Below are positions 37,401 through 49,790 of a DNA stretch of 64,000 nt, piece by piece. A model generated the notes under the pieces. It worked only from the letters and a program-made list of their open reading frames with translations. It did not search any database and was not told the DNA's origin. The stretch's first letter is position 1. Each line of letters starts with the position of its first letter. Source of the stretch: Azolla caroliniana (Eukaryota; Plantae; Polypodiophyta); NCBI GenBank assembly GCA_043228905.1, contig JBHGNT010000013.1, positions 3,410,001 through 3,474,000 of the forward strand, in the 5' to 3' direction. The position numbers were made by a program, and so were the translations under genes.

Positions 37401-40400
37401 CGGATGGACAACTGAGTCGGTTCGACCAGTCTGATGAAGAGCCGGCAAGTAGTGGAGACTCGGCCGTGGATTCCCCGCCCAGGAAGTCGAGGAGATGGCT
37501 TACGCGCAAGGAAAAAGGGAAGAAGAAGGTGTCGGATTACGGCACGAATAGGAACGAGTCGGATCGACGCGAGTCCGACTCCGAGGGAAGTGATGATGGG
37601 TCTTTGAGAGCGGAGTCCGCGTCGGCTAAGAAGGCCTCAACATCGGCTAATGAACAATTACGCCAAGCGGTTCGGATATAACGAGTACATGGCGCATCAT
37701 TATGCGTACATGACCCCTGTAGCGGAAGTGCGTGAGCCGGAGAGCTACGCAAAAGCGGTGAAGGACGCGAATGGGTGTGCCGCAATGGAGGAAGAGATGC
37801 GCACATTGGCTGAAAATGAAACCTGGGACCTAGTTGACGCACCGGAAGGTGTGAAGCCGATCGGATGTAGGTGGGTGTACAAGGTCAAGTACAACACACT
37901 GACGGCTCAGTCAATCAATACAAGGCCCGGTTAGTAGCAAAAGGTTACGCACAACAACACGGCATCGACTACGATGAGACATTTGCACCGGTCGGGAAGA
38001 TGACAACCGTCCGTGTTTTGCTTCGCGGTAGCTGTGGCAAAGGGGTGGCACTTACATCAGATGGATGTAAGGAATGCATTCCTGCAATGTGAGCTTGAGG
38101 AACAGGTGTACATGGTACAGCCCCCCGAATTTCACTCCGGAATGAACACTTTGGCGGTGTGCCGATTGAAGAAGTCCCTTTACGGACTAAAGCAAGCCCC
38201 ACATGCCTAGAACGCAAAGATCACGCAGCAACTATGTCGGATGGGCTTTGCGACGTCGAAATCGGACTCCTCACTGTTCATCCGGAAAGATCGACTTGGG
38301 CCGGTTAGTATTTTACTTTATGTTGAAGACTTGGTCATCACCGGCGTCGACCTAAGTGAAATCGACCGCGTGAAGCTCTAGCTTGCAGCATCATTCGACA
38401 TGAAGGATCTGGGTGACCTTCATTACCTCCTTGGGATCGAAGTGATCCGCACCCCCGAAGGCATACTGATCAGCCAACGGCATTACGTGTTGAGTATGCT
38501 CTTTAAATTCAGGATGGCCGACTGTAAGTCCGTCTCGACTCCTCTAGATAGAACCGTCAAGCTTCGCCCCGATTCTGGAAAGGTATGCGACCCGACGAGG
38601 TTCCGACAGATAGTCAGAAGCCTTATATATTTGACCATCACCTTGCCAAGATTCGAACTCTTGACATAACCCTACATGCTCTATTGTATCACATGCTTGC
38701 AACAGGTATGCATGCCACTTAGTATAAATAGTTGAGTTCACCTTGAAGGAATTCAAGGTGAACAACGCCAGTCATGGCCATATCAATCTAGTATTCTCGT
38801 TTCGCCCATCTTCTCTCATTAATCTTCATCTCTATCTTTATGCTCTTGTGTCATTCCGTCATCACTCCGTCGCAGCCTCATCATCTGTGCTCCATCTTAG
38901 TCCGCATTGGGTGTGTCCGTGACACACCCAACCAGATCTCAGCTACCCAGTCGAGGTGATTAGTCAGTTCATGGCGTGACCTACCGAGGAGCATCTTCAA
39001 TGTGTGCAACACATACTGCGGTACGTAAGCGACACTAAGGACTGGGGGCTACTATATCGGTCCGGTACAGCCCCGCATTTGGTCAGCTACACCGATGCCG
39101 CCTTGGCCAGCAATGTCGTCGATCGCCGATCCATGTCCGGTTTCGTGTTCTCTCTTGGGAGTGTCGTGATCACGTGGAGTAGCAAGAAGCAGCTGACAGT
39201 TGCACTATCGAGCACCGAAGCCGAGTATAGAGGAGTGGATGTCGCAACATGCGAAGCCATATGGTTGAAGCGGCTAATTAAGGATTTGCAAGTGGAGGTA
39301 TCCGATCCAACGACAATCTACTACGACAACCTCAGCAGCATCCAGCTAGCAAAGAACCCCGTCTTCCACGCCCGGACTAAGCACATTTAGGTGCATTACC
39401 AATTTGTCCACGAGCATGTACTCTTCGGTGAAGTTGAACTTCAGTATGTTCCGACGAATCGGCAGACCGCCAACGTCTTCACCAAGCCTCTTGGTCTGGA
39501 CAAGTTCAGCAATTCTTGGTTGCGCTTGGGTTGCGTCACCTCGACGTGCCGAACTTGAGGGGGAGAGACGTCCCGAATGACCACGGAAGGGGGAGAGAAG
39601 TTCCGGAAGAAGTTCTAGAAGACCGTGACGCCGAGTCGGATGTCAGATGACGAATTCGATTTCGGATCAATTGAAGAAGCCGAGGGTGGATCCGCAGAAG
39701 ATTCCGAAAGCGGACATAAGGGGAGCAGCCGAAAAAAAGAGCCGAAGCCAACCAAGCGTGGGGGAGACGAAGCCATCAAGGCCGAAAAGACCGAAGATGA
39801 GTTGGAGACAGCCAACTTGGACGAGAGCGAAAACCGATCGGAGGAAGCCGAGTCGGTTCGGATGTTTGATTCGGATACACTGAATCAGCCAAGGGCCAAG
39901 CGGAAGAGAAGGCAGCAGAAGAGGCGCCAGCACCGCAACAGCAAGGAAGCTGAGAAGGGTCATGTGAGCAGACAAGCTTACTAGAAGGGTCGAGGCGCGC
40001 GAAATCAAACAGGTCAAGGACCGCGAGCAAGGCGTGAAGCCAGAAGGAACCGGAGCGTAGATCCGAAAGAGCAGATGGAGCCTCAAGTGAGCTTGAGGGG
40101 GAGTGTTGAGATACAAGCTCAACATTGGCCGGATCGGCTGTGCAAGCCGAGAACCGGATCGGTTGGGATCGATCAGTTAGGCCAGACCGATGCGTAAACC
40201 AGGTGCATAAACCAGTACGCAACGAGAAATCGTAGTTGTGCGTAAATTGCGAGGCCATTGGAAAGATATTCCGCGTAAGAATATATTTTGGGAGTTAGTG
40301 TAGAGCTCATTTATGAGCATTAAAGTACGTGTCAGTACTTCTGTCAATCCATATGGACTTGTATAAAAGTGCTCACTGAGCACATCCTATGCACAGATTG

Positions 40401-40541
40401 AGTATTATTTTGAATTGAATTTCCGTGTGTCTTCTCTCTCTCTTTCTGTCTCTCCCGCGTACAGTGTATATTCAAGCTCTCCATTAAACCTGTGTTTCTG
40501 TGTTCGGTTTTCTATTGCTTCCGCACGCTATTATTTTTACA
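34483..40541 (+). mobile_element. Full-length Ty1/copia element (degenerate)
   Basis: LTRs at 34483-34933 and 40104-40541. TSD ATTAC at 34478-34482 and 40542-40546. PPT GAGGGGGAG before 40104. Gag knuckle CWYCGKKGHRESEC, protease WYIDSGASNHM, integrase LIHSDVWGP...[19 protein letters not shown], RNase H VALSSTEAEY. Confidence 0.95.
38644..38924. mobile_element. Short solo-LTR-like insertion (281 bp) in copia RT
   Basis: TG...CA termini and 5-bp TSD CACCT/CACCC. It splits LIYLTIT/xPDLSY. Confidence 0.7.
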
Positions 40542-40689
40542 ATTACCATTGCAAGCTTTCTTTTGACTTCTACTAATAACATTTTACCCTTTTTCTTTTA
40601 ATATTTTCAATATAGGAAAAAATAAATTATTGGATGGTTGAAACATCAAGTTATGTGATCTCACGACAACCAAATTCTCTTGGTAGATA

Positions 40690-43600
40690 TTACATCACAT
40701 GCATCATTTGCTTAGGTGTAAATGGATTAAAAGTGACCATTGCATAAGACTCGGCAATCGGAAGAATTTGGTCATTAAGTACCTGCCATTATAACATAGA
40801 ATCAACATTACTTACTTTGAAAATGTGATTTTTGCATTCAAAACATAATATTAAGAAGCTTACACTCATGAAAGATGGTTCTTGTTGCAGGGTCTCCAAC
40901 GCATCAACTAGAAACAAATTATCACGTGTCAAAATGCATCAATTCATGTGATGAGATCATGCTAGTATGTTAACATGATATTGTATTGAAGAGGTGTATG
41001 TACAATTCGTGTTTACTTAACTGGAAGGTACGTATACTGAAAATGCATGTGACATAGTCCTATAACTTTCTCGAAGATAAAGATTTGCACCTATCCAAAA
41101 AGAATTGTTAGGAGAATCAATTGGATAATAACACTCTAGGTAATTTGGAGACATGATGGAATAGCCACATGTATGTACATACGAACCTGTGGTGAGTTGG
41201 ATGACATAGTCGAGCTCATTGCTCAAAGCAAGAAAAGAGTCCATAGCATCATTGATCACCATGTTGGAAGTATTGGAGCTCACCTTAATAAAGGTTACGT
41301 GGAATGCTAAGCCATCCTACAGTAAGAGATAGTTATCCAAGAGCACCATATACAAAGTTAACTAAGAGATAGTGAAGCACACGTTTAAGGTTTCCCATCA
41401 AAGACTAAAAAATCTATACACAATTTTGCCGAAAATTAATATCCTTCATCTAGTTAAGCAAATCAAATGGGGTACAACATGCAAATTACATGGAAAGGAA
41501 ACCAGAAGACTTTCAAAACCATAATGTGCAAGTCAATGACCAAACATATATCCTTCCTTTAAGGGAGCTAAGGAGATTATCAATATACAACCAATAAGGT
41601 GGAGAGAACTATTGGATCATCACAAAAATTGAAATAGAACTCGAGAGTTTCCAAATAGCTATTTGTTATAGATAATATTCTAGAAACTGTATGTATTGGA
41701 GTGTTATCATCATAGTATGAACCATACGTGCATTCGCCTTCGTGAATGTTTCAATCATTCGTGTAAGAAAAACACCCTCAAAGAATGATAAATACCATAC
41801 TTTTGGATTAACTATTTATTATAAGGTAAATAAGCCTAAAAATTAGAAAATTAGAAAAAAAAAATTATAATTAAAATGAAAAAAAACAAAAGAATGTTTG
41901 AATAACATTCGCATTCGTTTGCCAACGTAGGAAAACAAATGTTATGCTAGACGAACACGAATTTTATGTACTATGGCTATCATATTCAACATTAAAAGAA
42001 CTCACCAATTTGGACCAAGCAGTAGCGATGGTTTCTTCAACTGACACTATTTGGCCATAGGATTTGAACAAATTTATACGATAAAATAAAAGTTCACAAG
42101 GTCATCACAAAATGATGAATGGAATTCATTTATACCATAAAATAAAATTATGACTTATATTGATTAGTGGAGATGGGAATCTATTTAAAACACGAAAAAG
42201 TACATCCAAGATCCATCATGTGTTAGTGAGCTGGTGAGAGTTTGATGTTGGTGCAAGAAACATTTAAGACAATGAATTATATCATTAATGCTCCAAACTA
42301 GAAATGGGAGAGAAAATTACCGTAGAGGGCAAACGAACCGAGTCTTCATCAAGTGACACTTGATAGTCAACACAATATTCTCTCTGAGATTATACATCAA
42401 ACATTTAACGCAAATGTGTGTTAAGGAGATGACACCGATGTATTTTGGCACAAGTACATTTTGAAAACGGTCATGTGTGGTTATTTATCACTTCATTACC
42501 TCTAGCCACAACATCATCTTCGTTGCAATGTCGATTATAGCATAGTCATAGTAGGCGTGAAGGGCATCCAGAGATGGGAAACGAGAGACTAAAGCATGAG
42601 TGAAGGAAATTCCTTGGCTTTGCAACACCTTCCCTACAACATTGGTTTCCACATGGATAAAAAGCATAAAAACATAAATCAATGGGAGTCATTCGGGGTG
42701 TAGATTGTCCCGTACACAATAACGAAAACTAGCATTAGATAGCAACCTCTAGTTTCATAAAGACTTGACATGTATTGCTTGGACATGGATCCAAGTAGGA
42801 ATGAGCAACGGTTCGGTTTCGGCTCAACCAATTTGGCCTTGTCCAAACCAATCTAGTTAAACCTTAACTGGTTCGAGAGTCTCCAAACTTGAACCAAACC
42901 GGTTCCTAAACTAGTTAAGGTTAATTGGTTGTGCTTGAACCAGTTTAGGAACCAATTCAACCAAACTGATTTGGCCCAAATAGGTTCAATTCGGCTTGGT
43001 CCATCCCTAATCAAACTCAAACCCGTTAAGGAAGTTGAAACCTATACAATGTCTTTTATTCTATGTTGTAAGCCTCTAGGAAGATAACTTCAAGTTGTAG
43101 CCTTCAAATGTTTTTAATACTATTGAAAAAAATCTTTCAAGGAAAAAAAAGCAAGTTCGAAGCCTAAACCGAAACATACTAAACTGCCAAACCGTCAAAC
43201 CGTTTAGAAAACAATTTAATGGTTCAAGTCAGGCTTGAGCCGATCCAAGGCTTTATGCAATCTTGATAACCATCATTTGGGAATGCGGGTTTCACGCTAT
43301 CTCAATAACTATCATCCAGATGTGGGGTTTCACAAAGTCTCGTCGATGACTACCGTCAAGATACAAGCGATTGAGGGAGTTATGTTACAAAAAAATTCAC
43401 GGTGGCATTTTCGGGATGAAAGGGCCCGGCCAATCCATCGCATGGCGGACATTTCGTCTCCACAAAACGACTATGTATATATCATTTTAAAGGATGAGGT
43501 GTAGGACATGGTTTTGAGATTGGAAGTAGGAGATGGAAGCAAAAGAACCTGTGTAGAGGAAGTATAAGTCGCTGTGATTGTTGTATTGGAGATCAAAGAG

Positions 43601-44146
43601 GCCCTCCAGAATCTCTGCCTCGGCAGTAGCATTCTCTAAGAGGCCCGGCATGTCGAAGAACACAGGATGCTCCACAACATCGACAACCGAGGTGGCCATG
43701 GCCATGGTCCTAACAAAGAAATCATGAGAGAAGATGGTGGCATTGTAATGTCAAGAAGAAGTGATTGATGGATGTGACAATGTCCATGCTACATGGTGAT
43801 CATTTGTTTCTCATGTTAATGATGATGAAGATGATGTCATTGATGCATACATATGAATGAATGCACACATACATATACACATTCATATGCATACATATAT
43901 ATACACTTGGTGATGATAATGATGGCCATGCATGCCATATGGTGGGTGGGTGGTCCAACCCAACATATAGAGCATGAGAGAGGTACCACACCTTCCATTG
44001 TTGCTCTTGGTGATTCGAGAATCAGCAAGATGATGAGTTGTGGAAGCCTTGGTGAGGATGTGTTGGGAGGGTAGTATTAGAAGGAAGATTAGCAAGAGGA
44101 AAGGAGTGCATCTTGGATGGATGGGATGGATGGGGTGGATGTCCAT
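40690..44146 (-). CDS. Stress-responsive A/B-barrel (double Dabb domain) protein, paralogue A, about 282 aa with a putative signal-peptide exon (229 aa from ATG 43705 without it)
   Basis: Exons with GT-AG boundaries and preserved frame: 44146-43992, 43709-43549, 42633-42500, 42383-42321, 41316-41187, 41090-41022, 40907-40864, 40782-40690 (TAA). Motifs VVEHPVFF...FTHALVSRFPSLDAL...VDYQVSLDED...INDAMDSFLAL...VIQLTTGANL resemble plant two-domain Dabb proteins (Arabidopsis At2g32500 type, from memory). The first exon is less certain than the other seven. Confidence 0.85.
42796..43009. mobile_element. Possible hAT-type MITE in an intron of Dabb paralogue A
   Basis: Termini TAGGAATG...CATCCCTA resemble Ac-type TAGGGATG, and AACC/GGTT subterminal motifs are dense. 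No clean 8-bp TSD was found. Confidence 0.4.
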
Positions 44147-44271
44147 GGAAGAGAAGGTGTTTGTGTGCGTAAGTGTGTGTGTGTTTTTGTATCCATTGTC
44201 TGCACTCCCATCCCACTTTCATACATGTGTATTACGTGTGTGTGTTTTTGTGCCACACATTTTGTAAAGAT

Positions 44272-44272
<1 letters not shown>

Positions 44273-44300
<28 letters not shown>
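44273..44300. repeat. (AG)n microsatellite upstream of Dabb paralogue A
   Basis: Visible perfect dinucleotide run of about 14 units. Confidence 0.9.
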
Positions 44301-44304
<4 letters not shown>

Positions 44305-45258
44305 GCACTACTATTCCTCGAAGAGAAGGACAAATGATGAATAAGTTGTTCGCATTAGAAGATTGAATAGATTGTTACATGAGAGTTTACCCGTCAATAT
44401 TTTAAGGTGGTGCGAATTATACTTCCTCTTCTCGTGGTATTTACATTGGTAGGTTCAAGAGGCCTAGTGACAACAAAACAACACAAGTTGCATGGTCATC
44501 AATTGCAAAAGACATCAAGCCTTCTCTACTTTCGTTGGATTTCCTTTTCATGTAAATGTCACAAGTGGTCCACAAGTGACACTCTTGGGTTGTATTTACG
44601 GTACTCGTGGCCTAATGGCACCTCCTCAAAAATAACCGACCTTTACTTCTGTTGGCTTTCTATCATATAAAGGTTTAATATTAAAAGACCTGAAAATTAT
44701 TGCAAAAGACACCCTTTTACATTTCTGGGCTTTTATTAAATAAAACCAAAAGCTTTGAGAAGAACTACACAATCTAACGTCCAAAAGAACCAATGCTACG
44801 CCAGTCATATGTTGGATATAGAAATATCTTCTTCTTCTTTTTTTTTTTTTTACTTTCGATGAATAGGTAAATATCCCATTTTTTGTTGTAAACCATTTGT
44901 CTCATGGGCCAATTTTGGCATTAGAAGACGTTAATATATCTTTCTTTTTTTTCTTTTTTCTCTCTCTACACTTCTAACCTCTCCTCACGGGGAGCGCAAT
45001 TGTGCTCGTGTTTTCTCATAAGCCAAGAATTCGGTTTCTTATCGACAAGTTCTCTCAGAACCACACGTTTGTGTTTGGGTCTTGCGTTTGATACACACAC
45101 ACTCACTCACATATATATATGTATGAAATGGAGATGGATTTCCTAGTTACATTGATTAACCCTCCTCTCAAGGCAAGGTGCACATGTAAGAATGGATATG
45201 GAAAGAAAAGAGAGACTACAAATATTTTGCAGAGGGAGATCCTTGTGGACACATGTAG

Positions 45259-45772
45259 GTTGGCTGACCTGAAAGACTTCAAGGCAGTTAATGAAATCTA
45301 TGCTAAATGTAAGCATTCTAATCATATAAGCAAAGCATGTATAATTATAAGTTTAAGACAAAGATCAACCATCCTTTTTCAGTATCTGAGAATCAGAAAC
45401 ATATTTTTGTATAAAATTCCCAATCTTATGTGCCTAGAGATGGATTCTTTAGAATAATCGTAAATTATCTTTGAATTGGAAGCAATATTCTTTTAATCTT
45501 ACATATAGATATGGAGCACAAAGGATAATGCCATAAATTTATCTGAGAATCAGGAGCATATATTTTTATAATTGTTTACCATTTTTCCAAAACATAGGAG
45601 TTAAGATGACTCAAACATGGAATGGGATAAAATCTCCAAATGAGACTTAAATATAACTTTCTTTTTTCCTTTCACAGATTTTCCAGCACCATTCCCAGCA
45701 AGGTCAACATATCAAGTAGTTGGCTTACCCCTAAATGCTCGTGTCGAGATAGAATGCATTGCAACTCTGTGA
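45259..45772 (+). pseudogene. RIDA: RidA (YjgF/YER057c/UK114 reactive-intermediate deaminase), last two exons only
   Basis: Exon 45259-45308 encodes LADLKDFKAVNEIYAK. A GT-AG intron follows. Exon 45678-45772 encodes YFPAPFPARSTYQVVGLPLNARVEIECIATL*, the conserved plant RidA C-terminus. The upstream RidA exons (GPYSQA etc.) were not found in the window. Confidence 0.85.
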
Positions 45773-46270
45773 TTCAATTGTGTATGTATGAATATATGCC
45801 ATTTCACGTGCTATCCTCATCAATAGGCAACTCTGAAATTTAGTTTAACAGAATCTCTTAGGATACACTATCAATCTCATTTCCATATGGTTTTGGTATT
45901 AACGTATGGTGTTTCCCCCCCATCTTGAATTGAAAATAAAGGGGTATGTGCTGAGTACAATATTCTAACTTGAACAATTGTTATCCATAGGATTGAAAGC
46001 ATATTCTGGAATATGATTATCATGAGTGCCCTTGATGTTTCGAATAAGTTTGTCTCTGTAATCTAGTCCTTTGTGCAAAAGAAGCTATTGTTGTTGAGGG
46101 TATGGATATGAGCATTTATGTTCTGATCTTCTCCCCTAGCATTTTATTGTCTAGTCTCGAATTTTTGACATCTCAAATGTATAGCCTAACGAGTAAAATG
46201 TGGCATGAGAAACTGACAACTTTGTGACCTTCAAGATGGTGATGTGGCATGTAGGTTGTTAAGGGTAGAG

Positions 46271-46380
46271 ATGTGTTGATCTTCAAGTGTTGAGACTTTA
46301 AGAGATTCAATGTTTGCCCTTACATGTGTTGATCTTCAAGTGTTGGCACTTTATAAGAGATTCAATGTTTGCACTTACAT
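46271..46380. repeat. Two-copy tandem duplication of about 54 bp
   Basis: ATGTGTTGATCTTCAAGTGTTG...AAGAGATTCAATGTTTGC(C/A)CTTAC occurs twice. Confidence 0.85.
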
Positions 46381-46655
46381 TTCAATGGAAGACATGTTGA
46401 AAAAGTGGAACAATATCCTTATGAATGAGCACAGGAGTCTCATAATTGAATGCTACTAAATTGGGCTGCCATTTCTCCTTAGCCTCAAGCTCAAAATCAT
46501 GCATTGGAAATGTAAATTTTCACATGCAACATTATTCAGTAGCCTCTACATGGCTGCATCTGCTAGAAATTAGTTATGAAACAGGAGAAAACTTATAAAA
46601 ACATCATGTCGTTCGTCTTCTGGTGGTAAATGGTTAAGAATAGAAACAATTCTTT

Positions 46656-48708
46656 TTACTGATCTTTGAATGGTTCAAACGCAACTATCGCATATGACTC
46701 TGCAATTGGAAGAACTTGATCATTGACAACCTAGCAGCAACATAACACTCACCGACATTAGAATGTTAGTGGCATTTACAACTTTGTAAACTATATGCAC
46801 TTATCAAGAGAACTTACAGACAAAAAGGTTGGCTCCTTCTGTAATTCCTGCAATGCATCATCTGCACATGCAAACAGCCCATTATTCTTGGACATGTATA
46901 AAAAAGACATAGATGTGGTCCCCCTAGGTTTGCATGTTTAAGAACTGACTTCCTAGGTAAGAATTGTGTCCATTAATATATAACATGAAGACAATGTACA
47001 CGCTTATACTCACTGGAAGACAAGTATATCAAAAATGCATGCGATGAAGTCTTATATCTTGGACGCAGGTACAAATTTTCTCCTGCCAAGAAAGCAAGTC
47101 AAGAACAAATCCAAGCAATAGAGTGGCTCTGTATAAAGGTAGATAATACCTGCAGTGAAGTGGGTGACATAATCCAATTCCCTGCTCAATGAAAGGAATG
47201 ATTCCTTCACGCTAGAGATAATTGTCTCTGATGTCTCCGGCTTGACTTTGATAAACACGACATAAAAAGCCGGATTTTCCTACAGATTTGTCATAAGAGA
47301 TCAATTAAAATTTCAATTTGAATGCTCACAAAAAACATGCAAAAAGTAGCCAAAGCATGTGGTCCTATGTTGTCTGTGCGTGCATTTTAATGACTGATAT
47401 ATGCATATATGATGGAATCTCTATTGTCTATTTATTTTAATCATATGCACATAAAATACACCAGGAATGCGATGTTATAATTACACAATATTGAATTATA
47501 TGTCATAACATTGGAAGGTTTTTCTCATATATGTCATTGTACCATTAATTCCAAATTCTCTGGTAATTTCATATTAATAGAAGTGCAAAGTAAATCCAAC
47601 TCATGGCTTTCTTTTGAACAATGATGCAAGGCACAAATAGCAGCAAGGATGACACAAAAACATGACAAAACAGGCACATAAAAACAAAAATGATTTAGTG
47701 TTTCCAGAGCTCCAGTCACATTACCTTGTTGAAAAGTGTGAGCGCATCTTCATTAACAGACACTTCATAATCGACACAAAACTCTTCCTGAGAAACCACA
47801 TTAAGCAACATTAAAGGAGGATGAGGAGGTTTCCACAGCCTCAAACAAAGGCCTTGAAGATTCGACCTATGCTTAAGATTATACGAGAGGTTATTAACAA
47901 TTATACATTCATTTATATGACACAAAAAAAGGGAAGATCCATACTCATTCCACCTTAAAATTATGTGACAAAAATTTAAGATTATTAACCATCAAACCCT
48001 AGTATATGTGTAAAATTTGAAGATGATGGACCAACAATTGAAGCTTTATTAATAATTACACTTAAATTCGATGTTATTTAAGACACTTTTCTTTTTTTAA
48101 TCGAAGTATCTTTTCATTTCCTCACCAAATTTAGCCAAAATGCCTGAAATAATGGCTAACTATAGTACAGCCATATGTTCGTCAATACCTTGAGCCAAGG
48201 TCTCATCTTCTGGGCGATGTCGGGGATGGCAGATTGGTAGTAGACTCGCAAAGCATCCACTGATGGAAACCGAGAGACGAGAGCATGAGTGAAGGGTACC
48301 CCTTTGCTCTCCGTCACTCTACCTGTGCACATCCATCATCATGGCCATTAAAGTAAGTAAATACAGAGAACTCACCGGAATTTCAGCTTGAAGTTCAGCA
48401 AACTACACCGATCATACATTTTCCTCAAAAGTGGTATAAACTCTATTTAGGCTATCAACACAAGGTCATGGGGGTTCAGATCCTTTCTTTCACAAGTCAC
48501 TACCTTTACTTAACCTACATGCCACATTGCCGTACCAGAAGAGAAGAGAAAGAGGTTTACCTACATGAAGGAAGTAGAGATCGCTGTGTTCACTGTGTTT
48601 TAGGTTAGCGAGGCCTCTGAGGATGTCGACCTCCAGTTGAGGGTCATCTGAGAGGCCTGGCATGTCGAAGAAGACAGGGTGCTCGATGACAGACGAAGAA
48701 GAAGCCAT
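46656..48708 (-). CDS. Stress-responsive A/B-barrel (double Dabb domain) protein, paralogue B, 220 aa
   Basis: Exons with GT-AG boundaries and preserved frame: 48708-48561, 48322-48189, 47787-47725, 47279-47150, 47082-47014, 46861-46818, 46730-46656 (TAA). Internal exon sizes (134/63/130/69/44) are identical to paralogue A. Sequence MASSSSVIEHPVFFDMPGL...FTHALVSRFPSVDAL...VDYEVSVNEDALTLFNK...AGENLY...DQVLPIAESYA. Confidence 0.9.
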
Positions 48709-48828
48709 GGAATGGAATGGAATGGAATGGAGGAGAAGGAGAACTCAGAAGAATATGATGAAGATGAAGAATGAATGAATGAATGAATGAATGAAGGGAT
48801 TTGATGGATATGAAGGAACGAATGGATT

Positions 48829-49790
48829 TGTGACAATTTCGGGAACTTCGCGACAATCTCTGGGGCCTTTTCGGGAACTTTGCGGCAATCTCTGGGGCCT
48901 TTTGAGAACTTCGCGACAATCTCTAGGGCCTTTCGAGAACTTTGCGACAATCTCTGGGGCCTTTCGGGAACTTCACGGCAATCTCTACGGCCTTTTGAGA
49001 ACTTCGCAACAATCTCTGGGTACTTTTGGAAACTTCGTGACAATCTCTGGGGCCTTTCGGGAACTTCGCGGCAATCTCTACGGCCTTTTGAGAACTTCGC
49101 CACAATCTCTGGGGCCTTTCAAGAACTTCAAGACAATCTCGAGGGCCTTTCAAGAACTCCATGACAATCTGTGGGGCCTTTTGGGAACTTCACGACAATC
49201 TTTGGGGCCTTTTAGGAACTTTGCGAGAATCTATGGGGCCTTTCGAGAATTTCACGACAATCTTTGGGTCCTTTCAGGAACTTTGTGAGAATCTATGGGG
49301 CCTTATTCGGGAACTTTGCAAGAATCACTGGGGCCTTTTGGGAACTTCACGACAATCTCTTGGGCTTTTCGAGAACTTCACAACAACTTGGGGTTTTTTT
49401 TTTGGGGGGGGGGGGGGGGGTCGACAACTTCTTCCAACAATCTGGTGATCTCTCGAGAACTTCCATGACAATTTGGGGGGCATTTTTGTGGACTTTCTAA
49501 GGTGGAGAACTCATTGACAATATGGGCCCTTTTTGGGAACTATGTGATGATCTCGAACCTCTCAGGAATTTTGTGATGATATGGATGGAACCTCTCGCGA
49601 ACTTCGAGACAATCTTGAGGCCTTTCGAGAACTTTACGACAATCTTAAGGCCTTTCGCGAGCATCATAACAATATGGAACCGTTTAGGAACTTCACACGA
49701 CAATTGGGAGACCTTTCATCAAGAGCTTAATGCCAATCTATGGCCTTTTGAGAGCTTCACAATCATTTGTGGCCTTTCAGGAAAGAATGG
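48829..49790. repeat. 31-bp tandem repeat array (roughly 30 units) immediately upstream of Dabb paralogue B
   Basis: Consensus GAACTTCGCGACAATCTCTGGGGCCTTTCG(G/A). A 31-aa periodicity appears in the overlapping ORFs. The array is interrupted by poly-T/poly-G at about 49394-49420 and is more degenerate distally. Confidence 0.95.
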
